Below are positions 54,631-64,000 of a stretch of DNA of 64,000 bases, piece by piece. The DNA comes from Andalucia godoyi And28 (taxonomy: Eukaryota > Protista > Jakobida), in assembly GCA_009859145.1 (NCBI GenBank), contig VRVR01000053.1, positions 1 to 64,000 on the forward strand, read 5' to 3'. Each line of letters opens with the position of its first letter. Within the stretch, counting starts at the first letter, position 1. The position numbers and the translations under genes are program-made. The notes under the pieces are model-generated. The model worked only from the letters and a program-made list of their open reading frames with translations, did not search any database and had not been told where the DNA came from.

Positions 54631-55816
54631 TTATGCAGAGCCCAAAGTCGGGAAGTCACGGTTGTTGGCAAGCTCGATCTTTCCACCACGGGCACCCGAT
54701 CCACGAACGGCACCTCGGCGGTCGCCACCACGGAAGTTTGCGTTATCGCGGCTCTGGTTGTTGTTGTAGGACGAAGTCGAGGCCGGCGCCGGTGCATCTG
54801 CCAAGAATTCCTGGATGTTCATACGGTTGCCAGTCGACTTCTTGGAGGCGGTCGCCGATGCATTCTTTGCAGCCTGCTGGCTCTTTGCGTCTCCAGCGTA
54901 GATGATCTTGGCGCCCTTGAGCACATCATCACCTTCGTTGGGCTTGCGGACCTGCTTTGCTGCCGCCGCCGCATTCGACGCCTGGCGCTGCTTCAGGTAC
55001 TCCGCGTACGGGATCTTTCCATCATCCACATGCTCGGGCTCGGCAGGCGCTGCAGATGCCTCCACAACGGCGGGAGACGATGCAGCTGCTGCATTCGTGG
55101 CCTCGGCATTGGCGTCCTGGACAGCTCCGGCTTCCGCGGCAGGTGCATCCTTGTTGGCACCCCAGTTTCCACGGCCTGCACCGCCCTTCTTGGGACCAGG
55201 TGGACGACCGGTACCGGACTTGCGGTCATACTCGCGCTTTCCAGGGCGAGACGGCTTCTGGAAATGCTCATGGTGCTTCCCATCTCCAGCCTCAGGACGA
55301 CGGCGGTTATCACGGGCCTCGTCAACATGCGCATCCGTTGATCCACGAACTGCACCACCTAAAAACATTTTCCAATCCGGGATAACCACACATCACATTA
55401 GTAAACCGTACAAACAAAACTCTCGAGACTAGTGCAGAACGAAGACAATCATGATGATGATGATGATGATGGTAATGATCTACGCTCTTGTCAATTGGCA
55501 GCATAAATCACACACGCAGAAGCGCGACTCGAAGACTTCATTCCTCTTCATTTACCCGAACCAATCATCATCATCATTCTCATCTTCGCGATTGGTGGGG
55601 GTGGGGTGGGGGGGGGGGGGGGGGGAGGAAGAAAAAGAAGGGAGAAAAGGACAAGGACAAGGACAAGGACAAGATCAAGATCAAGATCATACCGGTGGGC
55701 TTCTTGGGCTGGACAGGAGCAGGGGCGGCAGCAGGGGCGACAGGCTTGGCAACCGGCGCAAGAGTCTTGGGCGCGTCCTCGGAAAGGAGAGCAAACGGGT
55801 TCGATGAAAGCGACAT
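54631..55816 (-). CDS. SERBP1: SERBP1/HABP4/Stm1-like RNA-binding protein, two exons (55816-55693, 55358-54631)
   Basis: Exon 1 MSLSSNPFALLSED. Exon 2 KREYDRKSGTGR...KKGGAGRGNWG and C-terminal DFPTLG. Both splice junctions are phase 1. Confidence 0.85.
55359..55692 (-). other. Spliceosomal intron, 334 nt
   Basis: Donor GTATGA, branch-like TACTAAT (55403-55397) and acceptor TTTTTAG. Removal joins the two ORF pieces in frame. Confidence 0.85.
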
Positions 55817-56551
55817 TGTGCTTATTACTTTTTTTTTTTCTGTTCGACTAGTTCACTTGAAGAAACAGCGAAACGAGAACAAAAAGGAAAACGAAAATTT
55901 AAAAATCTAAAATAAAATAAAAAAGTCGTATATGAAAATTGCCCAGGTTCAAATTTCCCTTTTGGCAGGCTTGTTTTTTGTCCATGCTTTGCACAAGGCT
56001 TGCTGTGTTTTCTTGCGAGGTCAACCTCAGGTTTTTCCAAAAGAAAGAGAGATGTCATGTACGACCAGCATTTGCGAAGAAGAAAAAACTTGCACTTAGG
56101 GTTTAGGGTTAGCTCGATCGTTTCCCCCAAATCCCTCCTGTTTTCAAACACTGCTGTCCATGCTTTTTGTTTAAACCCTCTCCTTCTCTCGATCGCTTAA
56201 TTAATTTTTTGAGGTGCAACCACCCATCATTCCCGTCATGAATAAAAACGCTGCTAGCATCATCTGATGCTTGCAAAAGTGCAACAAAAAAAAACGACTC
56301 CTTGGGGCTTTACGAATCAACCGCCATCAGTATTTAAGAAAAATATTACTTTAAATGACCTAAATGATCATCTGGGTCATTCGTTCTTCACAGTTTTCTT
56401 CTCTTCAAACCCACCTTTTTGTTTTTGTTTTTGTTTTTTCTTTTGTTTATTCCTTCTTCATTGTATCTCAATATTGTAATTCCTTCTTTTTTTTCTTCGT
56501 CTTTTGCTTTCACCCGTGGGAAAAAAGAAAGATAGAAACAGGACCAAAAAG

Positions 56552-57412
56552 ATGACGTCGTCTGGTGAATCTGTGTATAGTTTGATTCCTCGGGACGCAG
56601 TGAATGCACCGAAGCAGCCTTTGTACCGGTCGAAGTATCCCGGGGATGCGCCGCCGACTGGCTCGACACTTGGGCTTCGGGGGACTTCGAAGAGCGTTGC
56701 GAATGTGTCTGGTGATTTTGTGCATCCGGACGCAGGCCCTGGATCGAGCCACACAATCCGAAAAACCGGAGCATTGTTTGGAACAGGTAGCGCCAAGGAG
56801 TCTGTGGATCCGCAATCGTTTACTCGGAAGCGGCAAGGGGATCGCAGCCTTCCTGAGCCGACGCGCTTTGTATATGCGGATGAGTATGCGCGGAAGCCTG
56901 CTGTTCCCGCACGAATGGAAAAGCCTGTGATGGGGCTGCACTCGGAAAAGAACTTTGTGGTTGAGAATGCAGTCGATGCGATTCTGTCGAAGCCGAGCGC
57001 GATAGCTGCGGGGAAGCGCAGCAGCAGCAACAGGAAGAAGTTCGATGACGACGGTGTGGACTGGACACGAAAGAAGGACTACGGCCAACCTCCAGAGTAT
57101 CTCGCGAGCGTGAAGGCGGATGTCGAGCGCGAGTATGAAATGGTGAGAAAGATGCATGCGGATCGAGCGCGGCGGATGGAGGAGCATAAGAATGGAGGTA
57201 TGAGACTCATGACGGATGATGAAAAGAACGCCTTGTTGGACGGTCTCAAAAACAGGTGGGAGGAAGTCATGAGACACTTCCAGACGATCTCGTTCACCAT
57301 GCACACTGCTTCCCAAAAGTCTGCAAAGGACAAGGACGAGCAGGAACTGAAGTTTTTGGAAAAGGAAATCGAAAAACTCGCAAGACCACAGGTGTGGATC
57401 GTCGACAACTAG
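56552..57412 (+). CDS. ENKUR: Enkurin (ciliary microtubule inner protein)
   Basis: ESVYSLIP...KQPLYRSKYP, RKPAVP, KNFVVENAVDAI and DYGQPPEYL. Confidence 0.9.
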   Translation: MTSSGESVYSLIPRDAVNAPKQPLYRSKYPGDAPPTGSTLGLRGTSKSVANVSGDFVHPDAGPGSSHTIRKTGALFGTGSAKESVDPQSFTRKRQGDRSLPEPTRFVYADEYARKPAVPARMEKPVMGLHSEKNFVVENAVDAILSKPSAIAAGKRSSSNRKKFDDDGVDWTRKKDYGQPPEYLASVKADVEREYEMVRKMHADRARRMEEHKNGGMRLMTDDEKNALLDGLKNRWEEVMRHFQTISFTMHTASQKSAKDKDEQELKFLEKEIEKLARPQVWIVDN

Positions 57413-57897
57413 CGGAGTCGCACAGCTACCCTCCCACACACATCCATATCCGCACGCACGCATGCACAGTATCCGCCATTGGTTTGCTTTGTTTTGTTTT
57501 ACTGTTATTTTTTATTTTTTTTGCTTTGTTTTATTATTTTTTTTATTACTATCTTTTACTATCTTTTTTTTTTCAAAATGAAAAGTGAAGTGAAGTAAAG
57601 TACAAGAGATTTATTGATGATCGCCACACACACACACACGCACACACACCGAGAGAGAGATGCTTGACGAAGTTGAAGCACACCGCAACAACACTCCTGG
57701 ATGTTATCATTAATCATCATAGCATAATTGTGTGCGATTGTTTTTCCTTTGGATAATTTTTTTTTCTTTCTTGCTTTTTCTCTCATTTTTTATTTTATTT
57801 TAATTTTTTTTGGTTTTGCTTACTTGTGTTTTCGTTTTCTCCAACTGCAGATTGATTGGAGAGACGGTGGTGGATACGAATGGAATAGAGACGGACT

Positions 57898-58018
57898 ATG
57901 ATTTCTGGGATATCACACGTCGAGTTCTTTGCAGCGAATGGGCTCGCAACCGCGCACATGTGGACTTCTGGCTTTGCATTTTCTAGCTTGTTTGCGAATG
58001 CACCACCTCCACCACAAA

Positions 58019-58053
<35 letters not shown>

Positions 58054-59283
58054 AATCAGCACTATTATAATGACATATGGGCAGCAATCACCCCTGATGT
58101 GCACCTTTCAGTAAAGACCGTCACGACTCGCAAGCTGCAATCTGGAACCGCAACGATTCTCGTTACTTCGTCGTCATCGCTACCCTGTGTTCGGTCTTCG
58201 ATTGCCCATGGAGGCGCTGAGGAGGAGGAGGAGGAGGAGTTTGGCGATGTGGTTCGGGAATGGGTCATTCGGCATGGCGATGGCATTGGATGCGTTGGGT
58301 TCTTTTCGAGTGATGTTGTGAGCGATGTGCTGGCTGCGCAGAAGGCAGGGTGTCGTGTGCACCGAATCGGAGAATCGCGATGTCTGCTCAAAGTTCCGTT
58401 TGCAGATTTGTTCCACGAACTGGTCCCTGCCGAGTGTGCGAAAGATGGAAAGACTGCGCCGGAGCAGGCATCGGAATGGAACAGGAAGCCATGGTCGTTT
58501 CTGAACATTGATCATCTTGCTCTTGCGATTCCCTCTGCGTCCATGACCTCCGTGTCGCTCTTCTACGAATCTGCGTTTGGGTTTACCCGGTTTCTGTGCT
58601 CGGACGACGACAAGATGGAGGAGGGGCTGGTCGTGGATTCGCAGTCTGGGAGAACGGCTGGACTCCGTACCAAGGCTATTGCAGCAGCCGGTGGTGCAAA
58701 GCTTGTTCTCGTCGAGCCGCTCGACGACAGCCGCAAACAACGATCGCAGATACAGGAGTTTATCGACTGCTTCGGTGGGCCAGGGGTCGCGCATGCCGCG
58801 CTGCAGACGGACAGCGTTGTTGAGGCAGTTGGGTACATGCGGAGCCAGGGAATTCCATTCGTCGACGTTCCGCATGCATACTATGGATACTCGACGATTC
58901 ATTCGTCCTTTCCTCCGTTCTACCGCAATGCCGCCCCTGCGAATGCACATGCAGCTGCGGGTGCGAACGAGGATGAGAGTGAGAGTGAGTGTGCGTGTGT
59001 AGGGGACGACGACACGGAATGCTTTTTGAAATCAAGGTATGATTTGCTGCTGCGGTTGCTGAAGTCACACAAGGCGGTGCAGGATGTTTATAGAGAAAGA
59101 ATCATGGTTGATGGGAACCGGTCTGGAGTATTGCTGCAAACGTTTTCGCTTCCGTTGTCAGACCGACCCACGTTTTACATCGAGGTGATCGAGCGAAGAA
59201 ACGGCGCCGATGGATTCGGAAAAGGAAACATTTCATCGCTGTTTGACGCCATTGAACGAGAACAAGCAAAGCGAGAACGGTGA
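57898..59283 (+). CDS. 4-hydroxyphenylpyruvate dioxygenase family protein
   Basis: SHVEF, IDHLAL, QIQEFIDCFGGPGVAHAAL, LLQTFS and FYIEVIERR...GFGKGNISSLFDAIEREQ. The His-His-Glu triad is intact. Confidence 0.9.
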
Positions 59284-59859
59284 TGGCTGTGGCCCGTCAT
59301 GCGTTGTCATGTGTCCTTGTTTTGTTGTCTTTTTTACCCTTCACCATTCTCTTCTCATTAATTGTTAGTTTAACGCTTTATCTTTTTCTCTTTTGTTTTA
59401 ATTCTAGATAGAACCCAGACCGACGCTCGCAGCATGCGTGTAAAATATGCTACAGCTCGTCAGTAGACCGATGCCATGTTCCTCGTTTCTCTCTCCAACC
59501 CAAAACTTCTCGCGACGGCCTGGCAATCCATGCAATGTACCAGTACCGGATAAAAACCTTAAAGACGAAGAGTCGATGCTGTTGCGCAGACTCTTCATCA
59601 TCATCATCATCATCATCATCACACGTACACGCACACACACTCACATACCTACTGTATAAACGCACTCACATCCCCCACGCCCCGCAGTTCAAACTTGAAT
59701 CGGGGAATTCGGAGAAATGCTTTATTAATTATTTATATATTTATATTTATGTATGTTTATATATTTGTTTTGTTTTGTTTTTGTATTTTCTGCCTTTTCA
59801 CTGTGTTGTGGATTATGATAGATACTTTATTAGTTGTTTTTGAATAAGGTTGGTGGGGG

Positions 59860-60675
59860 ATGTTGGCTTCTGTGTTTCAAACGCGTGGAGCTCGTCTTGC
59901 GCTTGGAGTCGGTGGTCTTGTCGTAGCTGGTGTGTCACTTGCCGCAGCGACTTCAGCTCCACAGCGATTATCGACGCTCTCGACGAGTCCGTTCCTCACA
60001 GGCATCCAATCTTTATCGCCGTCATCATCGCAGCTGTTGGAAAAGGATCGTCGCGCATACCTCGCGAAGGCGGCCTCGACAGTGCTGTACACGTCTGCCG
60101 TTGCAGCGTCTTCGGCATTCTTGCTTCGGCGCGCAACGGTCTCGCTGCCGAAGATCCTTGGAATCAGCGCAGGTATAATTAGCTCGCAGATTGCAGTGCA
60201 CAGTCTGGACATCCACACGCAGTTTCCTCTCAAGATCGCAGCACTCTCTGCATTCGGTGCTGCTACAGGCGCATCGCTCATGGGAATGCGGTACTTTGCA
60301 TCGCCGCAGATGCTTGCTACGGCAGCTCTCGGAACACTCGCAGTTGCGGCCGGTGCTGCGCTGACTTCATACGTCGTGAAGGACATCGATAGACTGCCGG
60401 GATATGCTGCACTGGTTGGAGGCTCTGCCGCCGTCTCGCTGTGCGGACTCGGCTCCATGTTCTTCCCACATGCAGTGCTGCACAACGTATGGTTGTACGG
60501 AGGCCTCGGTGTGTTCTCGGTCTTGATGATGGTCGGCATGCATCGTATCCAGCGAAATGCACTGGAGAACCCAAGGCATGCAGACTACATCAACGACTCA
60601 ATGCATGTGTACGTCGACATGTATCAGGTCTTCTCAAGGCTTTTGCTTCTAAAAGGCGGCACCAATCGCCGATGA
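59860..60675 (+). CDS. GHITM: Bax inhibitor-1 family membrane protein (GHITM/MICS1-like)
   Basis: Multiple TM segments, LHNVWLYGGLGVFS and DYINDSMHVYVDMYQVFSRLL. Confidence 0.75.
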   Translation: MLASVFQTRGARLALGVGGLVVAGVSLAAATSAPQRLSTLSTSPFLTGIQSLSPSSSQLLEKDRRAYLAKAASTVLYTSAVAASSAFLLRRATVSLPKILGISAGIISSQIAVHSLDIHTQFPLKIAALSAFGAATGASLMGMRYFASPQMLATAALGTLAVAAGAALTSYVVKDIDRLPGYAALVGGSAAVSLCGLGSMFFPHAVLHNVWLYGGLGVFSVLMMVGMHRIQRNALENPRHADYINDSMHVYVDMYQVFSRLLLLKGGTNRR

Positions 60676-61529
60676 GTGTTCATTTTTTCACTGTTCGCCA
60701 TAAACCACAAACAAGCTGATGCCCCCTGTCCCGTGGTTCGGAGCGGGAATAAATACACACACACGCACACACACGCACACGCACACGCACCCGCACGAAC
60801 GCACGCAGTCACGAGCTGTCCGCGTTCCAAAACGGAAAAGAACCTCAGAACGGTACACGGTCCGACTGTGCCTCCGACGTCGATCTGGATCATGAACGAC
60901 GAGATGCACGCATCAGGAGTACCAGTGACGAAGATCGTAATACTGTGTGATGGTGAGCATGGGGTGTTCTTTATGAGAGGAAAGAACTGCGGGCTGAACG
61001 AGGGAACTGCACTGCTTTCTCACCCAGCGTGTTTTTGATGCACTCTTGTTCAGCATACCGCCCAAGCAAAGCGTTGCCGGTCCGCGATAGGCCGGGGCGA
61101 GGATGAAACTCGTTTCTTCGCTGGGTTTGTCGAGGACATCCCAGACCGCAAAGCCGTAAAGCAACGGTTGGCTGCCGAGAAAGGCGAGGCACATGCATTC
61201 CTGCAGCGCGGATGAATGTGAAGCTGAATCAGTTTAAAGGAATGGAATGGGCGGTGCACGCGTTCTTCGTCAGACACACCCAGAACTCCTCGTCTAAAAT
61301 GGGGGCGGCAGCACGGGTTGCTCCGTACCGATTCTTGATATGAAAACTGGCAAACTGGAGAAGATGTTTCTTCTGCAGTTGCCCACGCCCTTCTGTTGGA
61401 GTATACCTTGTCTTTTATCGTTAATGTCTTACGTTGTCCATCACAAGTGAGACGAGAGATAGTTGGTGGTTTGCGTATGTACAGACTATCGAATTAAGCA
61501 CAGCTTTTTTTTTAATAAGGCACGCGAAC

Positions 61530-61742
61530 CTATTCCATCTTGTGTGATTTTGGTCTGCTTAACGAAGCTATGCGTTTCCGCCGCGGCGATTCAATCTTTT
61601 GGAGTCCAATGATTTCACGGAGGATATTGAACCTCCACAAGAACAGATTCCAAACGACCCACCATCCAGCTCCGACAAGAACCACAAACACTCCGAAAAA
61701 CAAGAGCATCGCAACAAGATCCCATAGCAGCGACAGCAACAT
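61530..61742 (-). CDS. SMIM13: Small integral membrane protein (SMIM13-like)
   Basis: GWWVVWNLFLWRFNILREIIG resembles GWYFVWHLFLSKFKFLRELVG. Confidence 0.7.
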   Translation of the reverse strand: MLLSLLWDLVAMLLFFGVFVVLVGAGWWVVWNLFLWRFNILREIIGLQKIESPRRKRIASLSRPKSHKME

Positions 61743-62236
61743 CCCGCAGCCGGTGCACTCGTCAGATTGCCTCACGGAGTCAGAACTGACGCTATACTAA
61801 TCCAAAGCAGAACGGAACGGAACGAAACAGAACAGCGACCCCCCACCAGCGCGACAATGGCTTTTCTTTTTGTGTGCATTGACGTCCTCTTGCCACGGAA
61901 TGTGGGATCCCTTTCCAGGAAAAGTGGAAACTCTGCTCCGACTTCAAAAACGCCGTACAACAGACGATACCATGCACCAGCGCTGAAACGGTTATCGTCC
62001 CACGCATCCTCGCAGGACGCTACCTCTGGTACTTGCCGGTGCTCGACGGTGAATCAGGAGGTTATCACCAGTGTGCGTCTGTCTGTCGAATTTTTTTAAT
62101 TTTTAATTTTTTTTTGTGGAACTGGAGCGAGCAAAAAGTTTACGTCGGACATCTTCACCATCATCATCGTCGTCGTCGCCCCCGGTAGCATGCACGGAAA
62201 CAAGAGCCAAGTACACCTCACGCTGCATCAACGATC

Positions 62237-64000
62237 TCAGATGCATGACACTGCAACGGCCTGGGAGACAGACACCAAATCTGCCATGCAGACTTGCCGA
62301 ACGGTATGAGAAGTGCGATTGGCTGCTCGCGCCGCAGCACGCACCACAGCATGGTAGATCTTTCGAGGAGTAAACTCAAAAGTGGACCCGAGTTCAGCGA
62401 AATCAACGTCTTCGGAGAGAGGAAGGAGCTTCGGCGTCAATGCTCGGAACAGTTTTGACCGCGTCGTCGCATCAGGAGTCGAAAACTTGACGATATGTTG
62501 GAATACATGGGTAAGGGAGGTCGAGTCAAATGCGTCAGAGTAAGTGCAGACGATGATTCCCGTGTGGCCGATCATCTCCTTGATAAGCCGAGACGTCAGC
62601 AAATCGCGATCGACATCCTCAAAAACAACCATTGTTTGCGCAGACGAAGCATAGGCTAAAATGCCTCGCAGTGTCTGCTGATCATGAATCGACAGCGCTG
62701 GAACAAAATGAACAGACAGGCCGAGATCAAATGCCATCGCAGCTGCGGCAGACCGCTTTCCAACTCCAGGCACTCCAAGAAGTAAAGCTGCGGTCCGAAA
62801 AGCCCCCGTCGCGTTCTTGGATTCCGCTGCACAGTACACTACCTCTGAAAGAGAGTTGTGCACATCAGCAGAGAGAACCAGGGTCTCCACGCCGCCCCGT
62901 GGAACCACGAAGCGAACCGCGTCTCCCATAAACGCGGCATAGCCTCCAATGGCCTTCTTCAATTGTGCAGACGCGGAATCATGCAAGTCAGAAGCGGTAA
63001 GCAAGATGCTGGAACGGGCATCGTCTCTGCAGCGGCCAAACGCTTCTGCGACGGCCAACGACATTGCATTTCGGATCAGGCCGCCCGTCAACTCGAACTG
63101 GACCGCGAGTGCACCGAAATCAACATCATTGTTCAGCGTGACAAAATCTGGGACATGAATCTTCCATATTTCTGAGCGGAGCTCTGCATTCGGGACCACA
63201 AACTCTTGCGTCATCGTGATTCGACGATGCAACGCCTCGTCAAGATCGTAGGATCTGTTCGTAGCCAAGATGCAGACTCCGTGGAACTTCTCCAAGTAGA
63301 TCAGAAATTCGTTGATCAGTCTATTACCTTTGCTGCGACTATGGAAAAGATCATCGCATTCATCAAAGAAGATGAAAGCATCCTTGAGATACGCTTCACG
63401 AAACACCAACTGGATGGCGTCTACCGAGAACATCCGAGAAGCTACTTTCAGAGCCATTAGAGTCGGCATATCCAGGTGCAACAACATCTTTCCGAAATGG
63501 TTCGCAAGACCCTTGGAAAACATGGTTTTGCCAGTGCCGCTTGGGCCATGCAACAGCAACACAAAACTGGAGCTCATCAGAGTTTTCACGCCACTTTTTG
63601 CAGAAAACGATTGGTATCCCAAGAAATCTCGAACTCTGTGCACCATTCGATCCTTCATCGCCGGAGGCAAGATCACTCGATCCAGGTTCTCGGTTGGAAT
63701 CGACATGGAAGAACCTTCGACCAAATTGGAAAGGGAAGAATCGACACCGAGAAAGAAGTCGAGCATTCGCTGATCCATGAAGAACGAGGATGCAGAGAAC
63801 AGCCCACCAGCAGAAACAACCTTTATGAGACCGCTGGAGACAAGCGGCGCAGAGCGGAAGAACCGGGATATCATTTCCACTTGCATCATCAACGATTCTC
63901 CACAGTACAGCTGCACCATGCTACGAATGTTGCTAGGAAAGCTGCCCGCCATGTTAGCTCCGGCATCGTATCGCAACGACGAACCAATGCACACAGCCAA
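62237..64000 (-). CDS. Tandem AAA+ ATPase, 5'-partial (second module degenerate)
   Basis: LHGPSGTGKT, FFDECD, ILATNRSYDLDEALHRRI and ELTGGLIRNA. The second Walker A is GVPGVGKR. Confidence 0.85.
   Translation of the reverse strand: MAVCIGSSLRYDAGANMAGSFPSNIRSMVQLYCGESLMMQVEMISRFFRSAPLVSSGLIKVVSAGGLFSASSFFMDQRMLDFFLGVDSSLSNLVEGSSMSIPTENLDRVILPPAMKDRMVHRVRDFLGYQSFSAKSGVKTLMSSSFVLLLHGPSGTGKTMFSKGLANHFGKMLLHLDMPTLMALKVASRMFSVDAIQLVFREAYLKDAFIFFDECDDLFHSRSKGNRLINEFLIYLEKFHGVCILATNRSYDLDEALHRRITMTQEFVVPNAELRSEIWKIHVPDFVTLNNDVDFGALAVQFELTGGLIRNAMSLAVAEAFGRCRDDARSSILLTASDLHDSASAQLKKAIGGYAAFMGDAVRFVVPRGGVETLVLSADVHNSLSEVVYCAAESKNATGAFRTAALLLGVPGVGKRSAAAAMAFDLGLSVHFVPALSIHDQQTLRGILAYASSAQTMVVFEDVDRDLLTSRLIKEMIGHTGIIVCTYSDAFDSTSLTHVFQHIVKFSTPDATTRSKLFRALTPKLLPLSEDVDFAELGSTFEFTPRKIYHAVVRAAARAANRTSHTVRQVCMADLVSVSQAVAVSCI

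Noticed and set aside
59454-59610. Minus-strand ATGATGA ... CTGA with an 8-bp hairpin, suggesting a C/D snoRNA
   Set aside because: The C box comes from a (GAT)n microsatellite, and there is no terminal stem or recognisable rRNA guide.

Overview
Gene-dense, almost intron-free nuclear DNA from a unicellular eukaryote. It is probably a flagellated, non-opisthokont protist: it has enkurin and a cycloartenol-type oxidosqualene cyclase, uses the standard code with all three stops, and shows only one clear spliceosomal intron. About 38 protein-coding genes are separated by short microsatellite-rich spacers. Most are housekeeping genes (citrate synthase, RPL13A, MTR4, PP2A-C, TFIIIC subunit 3, tafazzin, SERBP1-like and others). 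Two observations stand out. (1) A divergent eRF1-family release-factor gene (37181-38255) has its N-domain split by CTT-TAG-C. The full protein needs a +1 shift, and the site closely resembles the autoregulatory CUU-UGA-C frameshift of bacterial RF2; a stem-loop lies 7 nt downstream. (2) Two dispersed, internally deleted copies of one Fanzor (eukaryotic TnpB)-type element lie at about 1277-1647 (minus) and about 40175-40775 (plus). They share a structured 5' segment of about 210 nt and a 3' hairpin resembling an omegaRNA scaffold. Each keeps different nuclease motifs: HTH plus DRD-NGARNI in one, EEYTSKTCGRCG in the other. The window also has a gustatory-receptor-like 7TM channel, a Tse2-like ADP-ribosyltransferase-fold protein and a (GA)79 tract abutting a start codon. 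All calls are by-eye motif recognition; no database search was run.
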